From contig CAXMNA010000126.1 of NCBI GenBank assembly GCA_964194715.1, positions 5,570 through 69,569 of the forward strand: DNA of 64,000 bases, written 5' to 3'. This document shows, piece after piece, positions 40,090 through 49,160 of this stretch (position 1 is the stretch's first letter; each line of letters starts with the position of its first letter). Both the position numbers and the translations under genes were made by a program. Origin of the DNA: an uncultured Gammaproteobacteria bacterium. GTDB taxonomy: Bacteria; Pseudomonadota; Gammaproteobacteria; GCA-001735895. The notes under the pieces are model-generated. The model was not told where the DNA came from, ran no database searches, and saw only the letters and a program-made list of their open reading frames with translations.

Positions 40090-41449
40090 GTTTTCCGATA
40101 TCATCGACCGCAACCTCGGGCCGGCAGATATTATTAACCAGCATCGATCCATCACTGGACACCGAATCGATACTTACTTCACTAATACTGGAGGCGCAAA
40201 TCTGCGAATCCGTTGAAGTGATCTTGTGGTAATACGGCGTGTAACCAAGCCACTGCCCGAGATCACTGCTAATCTGCTGTTCCCATAGCACCTCGGCCCG
40301 GGTACCGAGATGCTGCCTCAATTCGCGTTGCTTTAATTCTGCTGCCAGTGCATGCATCTCCCGACTGCGCGCCTTTTTTGTGGAACCATCGATTTGTCCC
40401 GGTAACCTGGCGGCCTTGGTACCCGCCCGCGCTGAAAAAGGAAAAATATGAATATGCCCGAATCCAGTCTTTGCGGCAAACTCCATGGTCTGGCGCCATT
40501 CCTGCTCGCTCTCCCCCGGGAAACCGGTAATCAGGTCCGTTGTCACGTTAAACAGGGGGGTTGTGCTGCGCGCCTTATCAACCAGGCGTGCAAACTCGAT
40601 GGTTTTACAACGCCGCGCCATACGACGCAACACCGAATCGCAACCACTTTGAATCGGCAGGTGCATATGCGGCATCAGACGCGGATTTTTGAATAATTTA
40701 AAAAAATGATCGGGCAAATCCCAGGGTTCGACCGAGGCAAGCCTAATACGGGGAATTTCACTATGCTCCAGAATTTCATTCAGCAGACGGTATAGGCTGG
40801 AATCGATATCACTGCCATAACCGCCGACATGCACCCCGGTCAGCGCTACTTCTCGTACACCTTGCTGATGTAATAGATTGATTTCGGCCAAAATCTCTGC
40901 CTCACTGCGGCTGCGCTCGGCACCCCTGGCAATCGTGACGATGCAATAAGTGCAGCGATAGCGACATCCATCCTGGATCTTAATAAATCCGCGGTGGCGG
41001 CCACGTAAAAGCAATGCATTCAGTGACTCACCAAACACTGGCTCAACCTTCCCGTTGTACTCGGCTTGATCACTGACCAATTCCAGGGTTTGATCAACCA
41101 GTTGCTCTTTCTGTTGGTTATCGACAACGAGGTCAACACCGAGGTAATTTTTGACGGCAGCAGGATTCAAACTCGCGTGACATCCGGTAACTATCAAGCG
41201 TGCATTCGGATTGTTACGTTGCAAACGCCCTATCTGCTGGCGTGATTTACGATCTGCCTGTGCCGTAACTGCACAGGAATTGAACACGACGACATCGGCT
41301 TCTTCGGCATCAGTGGTCACCTGGTGCCCGCGTTGCATGAATTGGTTAGCCCAGGTTTCGAGCTCGGCTTCGTTAAGCCGGCAGCCGAGCGCCTGGAAAT
41401 TGATATACACGTGTCGATCACTCTTAAAAAAGTCCGCGGATTCTAACAA
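40073..41449 (-). CDS. mtaB: tRNA methylthiotransferase MtaB (radical SAM, MiaB/RimO family)
   Basis: N-terminal UPF0004 domain (ALGCRLNEAE, FNSCAVT), radical SAM CRYRCTYC and a C-terminal TRAM-like region. The TTG 41449 start lies in the U-tract of the upstream hairpin, so GTG 41410 (VYINFQALGC) is a plausible true start. Confidence 0.85.
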   Translation of the reverse strand: MLESADFFKSDRHVYINFQALGCRLNEAELETWANQFMQRGHQVTTDAEEADVVVFNSCAVTAQADRKSRQQIGRLQRNNPNARLIVTGCHASLNPAAVKNYLGVDLVVDNQQKEQLVDQTLELVSDQAEYNGKVEPVFGESLNALLLRGRHRGFIKIQDGCRYRCTYCIVTIARGAERSRSEAEILAEINLLHQQGVREVALTGVHVGGYGSDIDSSLYRLLNEILEHSEIPRIRLASVEPWDLPDHFFKLFKNPRLMPHMHLPIQSGCDSVLRRMARRCKTIEFARLVDKARSTTPLFNVTTDLITGFPGESEQEWRQTMEFAAKTGFGHIHIFPFSARAGTKAARLPGQIDGSTKKARSREMHALAAELKQRELRQHLGTRAEVLWEQQISSDLGQWLGYTPYYHKITSTDSQICASSISEVSIDSVSSDGSMLVNNICRPEVAVDDIGKHDARI

Positions 41450-41452
41450 GAA

Positions 41453-41496
41453 AATAAGTCCTGAAGAGGATTTTTTAATCCTCTTCAGGACTTATT
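41453..41496 (-). terminator. Perfect 20-bp stem, 4-nt loop hairpin; on the minus strand followed by TTTTCTTGTT
   Basis: AATAAGTCCTGAAGAGGATT-TTTT-AATCCTCTTCAGGACTTATT read directly from the sequence. A U-rich tail is present only for the minus-strand transcript, so it fits a terminator for soxYZ. Confidence 0.7.
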
Positions 41497-41506
41497 CACA
41501 ACAAAA

Positions 41507-41580
41507 CGTCATCCCGGCCCCCGAGCCGGGATCTTGAAATGGCGGCGTGTTATAAGATTCCCGATTTCGCGGGAATGACG
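41507..41580. repeat. REP-like hairpin pair (locus C), inverted orientation
   Basis: 41507..41533 is CGTCATCCCGGCCCCCGAGCCGGGATC. The reverse complement of 41556..41580 reads CGTCATTCCCGCGAAATCGGGAATC. The pair starts 3 nt after the soxZ stop. Confidence 0.8.
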
Positions 41581-41583
41581 AAA

Positions 41584-41895
41584 TTAGCGAACTTTGGCAG
41601 TGGCAGTGTCGGAATTACCGCGGTTGTCGAGCCAGGAGATGGTAATCGCGTCACCTTTACGACCCGGAATCTGAAATGACAAAAACGGGTTCCTCGAAAT
41701 CGATTTCCCCCAGAAAGCTTCCATGACAATTCGCTTGTTGCGGCTGACTATGACTTCTTTAATGAAATGGGGTGGAACTTTTTTTCCGGTTTTCTTGATT
41801 TTACGATGCCCGGATTCCATCGGATGGTTGATAACGCTCTTGACGACTACCTGTCCATCGACCTCGTGGGCGCGAATTTTCATGGTTCTGGCCAT
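41584..41895 (-). CDS. soxZ: SoxZ-like sulfur carrier subunit
   Basis: 103 aa with the pattern IRAHEVDGQVVVKSVINHPMESG...HFIKEV...SISRNPFLSF, typical of SoxZ. Confidence 0.8.
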   Translation of the reverse strand: MARTMKIRAHEVDGQVVVKSVINHPMESGHRKIKKTGKKVPPHFIKEVIVSRNKRIVMEAFWGKSISRNPFLSFQIPGRKGDAITISWLDNRGNSDTATAKVR

Positions 41896-41897
41896 CG

Positions 41898-42341
41898 CTA
41901 TGCTCCGCAGCTATTACGACCTACTCGCACTGGTCGTTTATTGGTGTGCAAAACTCCATCAGCCTTTACGATAACCAGTAAATCACTGGAATCGGTCATC
42001 CTTATTCGAGTCGATACAAAACTTTGCGCTTCGTAAAGCTTGAAATAGGCGGTAAAGGGCGACTCGTTTCCGGTGACCACCAGAGAAATCGATTCGGTAT
42101 TTTCAAATCCGGATTTAATTCTTACAGGCACCATATTGGCATCGCTCGCTCTATGGGGCGCGTCAATCTCGATCTTGTTGCTTTCGCCAATATCGGCGGT
42201 ACCAAATGCTTCACGCAATGCATCCGGTATCTGCTTAGCCAAGAAGGCCTTGGTAGGATAGGCACTAACCGCGATGCCCGGAAATAACATACCGGTGACA
42301 CCTAGCTGAAGGCTTGCTTTCAATAGGGTTCTTCGTTTCAT
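41898..42341 (-). CDS. soxY: SoxY-like sulfur carrier subunit with non-canonical C-terminal arm
   Basis: Twin-arginine signal MKRRTLLK and a SoxY-like Ig fold of 147 aa. The C-terminus is VRVGRNSCGA, where the Cys is kept but the flanking GG..GG is not. Confidence 0.7.
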   Translation of the reverse strand: MKRRTLLKASLQLGVTGMLFPGIAVSAYPTKAFLAKQIPDALREAFGTADIGESNKIEIDAPHRASDANMVPVRIKSGFENTESISLVVTGNESPFTAYFKLYEAQSFVSTRIRMTDSSDLLVIVKADGVLHTNKRPVRVGRNSCGA

Positions 42342-42422
42342 GCTGAGTGGACAACAATATCTGGGTTACCCGGTATGTATCGGCAATCAGCGTAAAAGCT
42401 TAATTGTCATTGCGGATGATAT

Positions 42423-43814
42423 TTATTCTTCTAACAGTAGCAGGCGTTTTTCGCGTGCCTTCGACTCGGTCGCGATATCGGCGTCCGGTGAATCTAGTAC
42501 CTGATCGTAAAGCCTTATCGCTTGTTGTGGGTTACCTGCAATTCGGTGAAACTCCGCTTCGGCCATCATGCGCAGCGCTGGCCGACCCATTGACTGGTAG
42601 ATTTCTGACAACTCGAAATAGATTTGCTGGTTATCTGGAAACTCGTTTTCAAGTCGTCGCGCAATTGTCAAGGCCGACTGATTTCGACCCGCGCTATTCA
42701 ACAGGCGCAGCAAACGCATTGAAAGCACGTAGTCTCCCGGGAAAATATCAAGCAGGCGACGATAAACCAACTCTGCTTCAGCCCCGCGACCCAAATGCTC
42801 CAGGTTTACCGCAAAGGCGATGCTATACCAGATATTTTCATTGTCACTAGCATATAAATCACGCAGTATCTTATCCGCCCGTGTATAGTTGCTGGACTGA
42901 ATCGATGCCAAGGCGCGTAGAAAATTGCTTCCCTGGTCCGGCAGATGATCGCTGCTAACGAATTTCAGAAAATCCTTGAACAACAAATAGTTATCCACCT
43001 GGTTCTCGCCTGGTGGCATTTTCTTAGCGCGCCCAATCGCTTCAGCGACCCGGTTGTTACTCACCGGATGAGTACGCAGATACTCAATGCTTCCTAGCCC
43101 GGAGCTACCCGAGAGCTTTCCCATTATGGTAAAAAATTCGACCATGCCATTGGGATCAAAGCGCGCATCGCGCATTAGTTCAATCCCGATTCGATCGGCT
43201 TCATACTCGTTCTCTCGAGTAAAATTGACCATTGCCTGTTGACCACTTGCTACGCCACCATAAAGCACCGCGGCCCCAACCTCTGAATCGGCCGCCCCAA
43301 GCACCAGACCTGCAATCATCGCCAGAATTGTCGCGGTACTAACCTCGCTCCCCTTTTCCATTGAATCGAGTCCATGCCGTAACTCTACATGGGCTATTTC
43401 ATGAGCCAGCACTGAAGCTAGTTGGTGTTGGTTTCGCGCCTGCGCAATGAGTCCCCTGTTAACACCAATATAGCCCCCTGGCAGTGCGAACGCGTTTACC
43501 GCATCATCACGGACGATAAAAAATCGATACTCGCGTACTCGATTACCGATTCCCGCCAGCAGACGAAAACCGAGGTCGTTGATATAACGATCAAGCAAGG
43601 GATTTGTTTCGACCAATCCAATTGCCAGCAGCTTCTCGTAAACCGAGAGCCCTAATTTTGTTTCTCGCTCTATATTTATTGACGCATTTTCGCCAAGGCT
43701 CGGTAATTCCGAACTGGCATTAGCCGCAAAACTGGTTAACGACAGCAAAATTGCAACGACCCGGAACCGTGTTGAAAGGCCGAACACTTGCAATGGTCGG
43801 GAATGTTCAGGCAT
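42423..43814 (-). CDS. bepA: M48-family periplasmic metalloprotease with TPR domain (BepA/YfgC-like)
   Basis: Signal peptide, zinc motif HEIAHVELRH and a C-terminal TPR region. Confidence 0.8.
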   Translation of the reverse strand: MPEHSRPLQVFGLSTRFRVVAILLSLTSFAANASSELPSLGENASINIERETKLGLSVYEKLLAIGLVETNPLLDRYINDLGFRLLAGIGNRVREYRFFIVRDDAVNAFALPGGYIGVNRGLIAQARNQHQLASVLAHEIAHVELRHGLDSMEKGSEVSTATILAMIAGLVLGAADSEVGAAVLYGGVASGQQAMVNFTRENEYEADRIGIELMRDARFDPNGMVEFFTIMGKLSGSSGLGSIEYLRTHPVSNNRVAEAIGRAKKMPPGENQVDNYLLFKDFLKFVSSDHLPDQGSNFLRALASIQSSNYTRADKILRDLYASDNENIWYSIAFAVNLEHLGRGAEAELVYRRLLDIFPGDYVLSMRLLRLLNSAGRNQSALTIARRLENEFPDNQQIYFELSEIYQSMGRPALRMMAEAEFHRIAGNPQQAIRLYDQVLDSPDADIATESKAREKRLLLLEE

Positions 43815-43898
43815 GAGAACTTGTTCGATTGGAAATTGAGCTATATTAGAATAGTATCGACCCGGTCGTATAGTAATCGTTCCCGAAAATTAGGTTCA

Positions 43899-44243
43899 AT
43901 GTCGCGAATAAAAGAAATAAGCGTTTCTGATTTGCACCGCATGTTACGCAAAGAAGATCATTTTGAATTGCTCGATATCCGTACCCCGGCGGAAATCGAA
44001 CGCGGTGTATTGCCCAAAGCCAGTTCCCTCGCGATGCACCTAATTCCGTTGAAACTTAACTATTTTTCCGAATCACCCAGGCAAATCGTTATCTACTGCC
44101 GGACCGGTAGTCGCTCTGCACAGGTATGTCGTTTTTTAAATCAGCAAGGAATTAATAACGTTATCAATTTACGAGGCGGAGTTGTCAAGTGGGCATCGGC
44201 AGGCCATGCCTTAGACAACGCACCCGTCAAAGTCATTTCCTAG
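43899..44243 (+). CDS. Single-domain rhodanese sulfurtransferase
   Basis: Active-site loop CRTGSRS. ATG 43899 is chosen because the ORF-track start at 43788 overlaps the divergent bepA-like start. Confidence 0.85.
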   Translation: MSRIKEISVSDLHRMLRKEDHFELLDIRTPAEIERGVLPKASSLAMHLIPLKLNYFSESPRQIVIYCRTGSRSAQVCRFLNQQGINNVINLRGGVVKWASAGHALDNAPVKVIS

Positions 44244-44327
44244 TTTCGGCTTCTCTTGCCTTTTAAATTGCCCTGGCATATAAATACCTGTCTACAATAA
44301 CAACCAACCGCCTGACGGAGATTTCTC

Positions 44328-44558
44328 ATGGCAGCATTTGATCGTGAACTTGATGCGTCTGGACTGAATTGTCCGTTGCCAATATTACGTGCCAGGAAAA
44401 TGCTCAGCGAAATGGAGCGCGGCCACGTCCTTAAAATAATTTCCACTGATCAGGGTTCGGTAAAGGACTTCGAAGCCTTTGCGAAACAGACCCACAATCC
44501 CCTCCTTTCTTCCGGTGAAGAAGGCGGAAAATTCGTTTTTTTACTGAAGAAAAACTGA
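44328..44558 (+). CDS. tusA: TusA-family sulfur carrier protein
   Basis: 76 aa with LDASGLNCPLPILRARKML, carrying the conserved Cys-Pro-x-Pro motif. GGAGA lies before the ATG. Confidence 0.88.
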   Translation: MAAFDRELDASGLNCPLPILRARKMLSEMERGHVLKIISTDQGSVKDFEAFAKQTHNPLLSSGEEGGKFVFLLKKN

Positions 44559-44776
44559 CCGCTGAAATCCTGTAGGAAATCCCATCAATCCCGGCTTGGA
44601 TCGTTTCCTGAGCTCTTTTTGCCACATTCGCGCTCTGTCATAGTAAAATCGTCGTTTTTTTAGGATTCCTTCAATAAATCCAAGCTGTTATTAGTGCAAT
44701 TGTATTTTAACCATAATAGAATTTTGGGTTTGGCGTAAACAATTGCAGTTTACGTAAATTGGAATCAGAGGTTAGC

Positions 44777-46528
44777 GTGGAATTATCAGGTTCTGAAATA
44801 ATTATTCAGTTTCTAAAAGATGAAGGTGTAAAGCATCTGTTCGGTTACCCCGGCGGTGCGGTTTTGCATATTTATGATGCGCTGCAAAAACAGGATGATG
44901 TGCAACATATCCTGGTGCGTCATGAGCAGGGTGCTACACATGCTGCGGATGGCTATGCCCGGGCGACCGGCAAACCTGGTGTTTGCCTGGTGACTTCTGG
45001 CCCGGGCGCGACCAACGCGATTACTGGAATCGCTACCGCCTATATGGACTCAATCCCGCTGGTTGTACTGACCGGCCAGGTTCCGAGCCATGCGATTGGC
45101 AGTGATGCCTTTCAGGAAGTCGACTCGGTGGGGATATCCCGACCCTGTGTCAAGCATAACTTCCTGGTCAAGGATCTTAATAAACTGGCAGAAACCCTAA
45201 AAAAGGCTTTTTATGTCGCCACCAGCGGTCGGCCAGGCCCCGTGGTAATCGATATTCCAAAAGACATTACCGCTCCGCATATCAAGATTCCATACCAATA
45301 TCCGGAAAAAGTCGAGTTACGCTCGTACAATCCGAACTTCAAGGGTCACCCGCGTCAGATTAAGCGTGCGGTCGAGTTACTGCTCAATGCCAAGCGGCCG
45401 ATAATCTACACTGGCGGCGGCATTATTCTCGACAATGCATCCGAGGAACTGCGCAGCTTTGTGCGTAAGCTTGGATACCCGATTACGCAGACCTTGATGG
45501 GGCTGGGTGCATTCCCGGGGACCGATCCTCAATTCATCGGCATGCTCGGCATGCATGGGACCTACGAAGCCAATATGGCAATGCACGAATGCGATGTATT
45601 GATTTGTATCGGAGCCCGATTTGACGACCGAATTACCGGCGTGACCAGCAAGTTCTGCCCGTATGCACAAGTTATCCATATTGATATCGACCCGGCATCG
45701 ATTTCCAAGACGATCAACGCCGACATCCCGATCGTCGGGGGAGCCAGGCAGGTTCTGATCGAAATGATTAAACAGCTCGATGCTACCGACCGGAAGGTCG
45801 ATAAATCGGCTCTCGATGCATGGTGGAAAACCATCCAGTCCTGGCAGGCCCAGAACAGCTTCGCTTATGAGCAAACGAAAGACCTCATCCAACCGCAGGC
45901 GGCAATCGAAGAACTTTATAAAGTCACCAAGGGTGACGCCTATATCACTTCGGATGTCGGCCAGCACCAGATGTACGCAGCCCAGTTCTACCACTTCGAT
46001 AAACCGCGTCGCTGGATCAATTCCGGGGGTCTTGGCACCATGGGCTTTGGGCTTCCCGCGGCAATGGGAGTCAAATTCGCTTTCCCCGATAAGGATGTTG
46101 CCTGTGTCACTGGCGAAGGCAGTATCCAGATGTGCATCCAGGAACTGTCGACCTGCCTGCAATACAACACCCCGATCAAGATCATTAATCTCAATAACCG
46201 CTATCTCGGCATGGTTCGCCAGTGGCAGGAATTTTTCTACGAGAAACGCTATTCGCACGTTTACATGGATTCGCTGCCCGATTTTGTAAAGCTGGCGGAG
46301 GCTTACGGACACGTCGGCATCCTCGTCGAAAATCCTGACGATTTACATGATGCGATGGTAGAAGCTTTCAAACTAAAAGACAGGACCGTGTTTCTCGACA
46401 TCATCACCGACCAGGAAGCTAACGTTTACCCGATGATCTCAGCGGGAAAGGCACACAACGAAATGGATATTTCCCCATTGCAGCAAAAAGTGCAGGCGAA
46501 ACTTAAGGCGAAAGGGGAACTGGTTTAA
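44777..46528 (+). CDS. ilvI: Acetolactate synthase large subunit
   Basis: ThDP enzyme motifs (GYPGGAVL, GLGTMGFGLPAAMG). GTG 44777 is preceded by AGAGG; the ORF-track TTG 44759 is less likely. Confidence 0.93.
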   Translation: MELSGSEIIIQFLKDEGVKHLFGYPGGAVLHIYDALQKQDDVQHILVRHEQGATHAADGYARATGKPGVCLVTSGPGATNAITGIATAYMDSIPLVVLTGQVPSHAIGSDAFQEVDSVGISRPCVKHNFLVKDLNKLAETLKKAFYVATSGRPGPVVIDIPKDITAPHIKIPYQYPEKVELRSYNPNFKGHPRQIKRAVELLLNAKRPIIYTGGGIILDNASEELRSFVRKLGYPITQTLMGLGAFPGTDPQFIGMLGMHGTYEANMAMHECDVLICIGARFDDRITGVTSKFCPYAQVIHIDIDPASISKTINADIPIVGGARQVLIEMIKQLDATDRKVDKSALDAWWKTIQSWQAQNSFAYEQTKDLIQPQAAIEELYKVTKGDAYITSDVGQHQMYAAQFYHFDKPRRWINSGGLGTMGFGLPAAMGVKFAFPDKDVACVTGEGSIQMCIQELSTCLQYNTPIKIINLNNRYLGMVRQWQEFFYEKRYSHVYMDSLPDFVKLAEAYGHVGILVENPDDLHDAMVEAFKLKDRTVFLDIITDQEANVYPMISAGKAHNEMDISPLQQKVQAKLKAKGELV

Positions 46529-47022
46529 TGCGACACATCATATCCCTGCTGGTCGAGAACGAGGCCGGCGCACTATCTCGTATATCCGGGTTATTCTCCG
46601 CGCGCGGTTACAACATCGAATCGCTGACGGTTGCCACCACGGAAGACCATACACTATCACGTATGACTATTATTACGACCGGTTCCGATCGCATCATCGA
46701 ACAGATAACCAAACAGCTCAATAAACTGGTTGACGTGGTCAAGCTGCAGGATTTTACCGAAGGCAATTTTATCGAACGTGAAATGATGTTCGTCAAGGTC
46801 AAGGCTGAGGGGGAGCCACAACGCGCCGAGATAAAACGCTTGTCGGATATATTCCGCGCGCGCATTATCGACGTCACCGATACCACGTTTTGCATCGAGT
46901 TAACCGGTGCTGGAGATAAACTCGACGCTTACATTAAGGCCATGCACGAAAACAACATCGTCGAGGTGGTGCGCTCTGGTTCCATGGGTATAATGCGCGG
47001 CGAAAAAGCACTTACCTTATAA
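46528..47022 (+). CDS. ilvH: Acetolactate synthase small (regulatory) subunit
   Basis: ACT domain N-terminus ISLLVENEAGALSRISGLFSARGYNIESL. The start overlaps the ilvI stop. Confidence 0.93.
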   Translation: MRHIISLLVENEAGALSRISGLFSARGYNIESLTVATTEDHTLSRMTIITTGSDRIIEQITKQLNKLVDVVKLQDFTEGNFIEREMMFVKVKAEGEPQRAEIKRLSDIFRARIIDVTDTTFCIELTGAGDKLDAYIKAMHENNIVEVVRSGSMGIMRGEKALTL

Positions 47023-47043
47023 CGGTAAGCAATTAATTTATGA

Positions 47044-48093
<1,050 letters not shown>

Positions 48094-48129
48094 TAGAGTC
48101 TGCGGGCGCCTTGCGCCCGACCTGTAACT

Positions 48130-48930
48130 ATGGATGATAGCAACCCAAAAGAGATTCGCAAAAATATGGGCAAGGGCATATATCTGTTGCCCAACCTGTT
48201 TACTACGGGCGCGCTATTTGCAGGCTTCTACGCAATTATCGCGGCGATGAACGGGCGCTTTGAAATTGCTGCAATCGCGATCTTCCTGGCAGGTTTACTC
48301 GACGGCCTTGACGGCCGCGTGGCGCGCCTGACTAACACCCAGTCTGCCTTTGGGGCTGAATACGACAGTCTCTCAGATATGGTTTCGTTTGGCGTTGCAC
48401 CGGCCCTTATCGTGTATCTTTGGTCTTTGGTATATCTGCGCGACGTAACAGTATTCATGGGGAAACTGGGCTGGCTCGCCGCGTTCATCTATGCAACATG
48501 TACCGCATTAAGACTGGCACGTTTTAATACCCAGATCGGTGTCGCCGACAAACGCTATTTTCAGGGCCTCGCCAGCCCCGCAGCGGCAGCCGTGGTAATG
48601 GGTGCGGTCTGGGTTTGTGAAAGCTACGACATTGCCGGTCAGGACGTGGTCTACGCGGCACTGATGCTGACCATAGCGGCCGGGGCATTGATGGTTTCCA
48701 AATTCTCCTACTACAGTTTTAAGGATTTCGATTTACGCGAACGCGTTCCTTTCGTGGCGCTGCTGGCGGTGATGCTGATATTTGTTTTTCTGTCGATGGA
48801 AACAGCGACAGTCTTGTTTTCATTCTTTTTCCTGTACATGTTGTCGGGCCCGATAGTCTCCCTGTTCCGCTGGAATCGCAAGCGTATGCGCCTGTCAGAA
48901 ACTACCGAGGCAACACCTCCCGACGCATAA
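48130..48930 (+). CDS. pssA: CDP-diacylglycerol-serine O-phosphatidyltransferase
   Basis: CDP-alcohol phosphatidyltransferase motif DGLDGRVARLTNTQSAFGAEYDSLSD and multiple TM segments. Confidence 0.88.
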   Translation: MDDSNPKEIRKNMGKGIYLLPNLFTTGALFAGFYAIIAAMNGRFEIAAIAIFLAGLLDGLDGRVARLTNTQSAFGAEYDSLSDMVSFGVAPALIVYLWSLVYLRDVTVFMGKLGWLAAFIYATCTALRLARFNTQIGVADKRYFQGLASPAAAAVVMGAVWVCESYDIAGQDVVYAALMLTIAAGALMVSKFSYYSFKDFDLRERVPFVALLAVMLIFVFLSMETATVLFSFFFLYMLSGPIVSLFRWNRKRMRLSETTEATPPDA

Positions 48931-48980
48931 GTCTGATATTTTGCTTGGCAAGCTCGTCAGAGTTGGCTATATTTGATTTT

Positions 48981-49082
48981 ATGCAATCGCAGTACACCAG
49001 TTCTCAACTTCAGTCTCCAGCCAGCCTGGGGCTCCTACCTGCGTACCTGTTGCTATCTCTGCTGCTCGCTCTGCTGCCGTAA
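48981..49082 (+). CDS. Candidate Leu-rich leader peptide upstream of leuA
   Basis: The 33 codons read MQSQYTSSQLQSPASLGLLPAYLLLSLLLALLP, with 12 Leu in total and 8 in the last 11 codons. It ends 78 nt before the leuA ATG. I saw no clear SD and no convincing terminator hairpin. Confidence 0.3.
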   Translation: MQSQYTSSQLQSPASLGLLPAYLLLSLLLALLP

Positions 49083-49160
49083 GGCAGATCACAGAACTCC
49101 TGACGAGGGCAAACGTAAGCTACATCCAGAATACATAACGTTTAGACAGACGAGATAGCC

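Noticed and set aside
44559-44776. I searched for an Ile/Val/Leu-rich leader peptide or attenuator upstream of ilvI.
   Set aside because: The spacer has no ATG. The only short GTG/TTG ORFs are not enriched in branched-chain codons. The T7 run at 44655..44661 has no preceding stem that I could find.
48103-48119. A GC-rich hairpin CGGGCGC-CTT-GCGCCCG just after ilvC.
   Set aside because: It has a 3-nt loop, no U-tract, and does not match the REP family core. It is too little to call a terminator or repeat.
48973-49158. A 61-aa Cys-rich ORF (CCYLCCSLCC) ending 2 nt before the leuA ATG.
   Set aside because: The Cys run is the same CTG-rich DNA read in another frame, and the ORF has a TTG start without an SD. 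I kept the Leu-rich frame as the more biologically sensible, though still unproven, reading.
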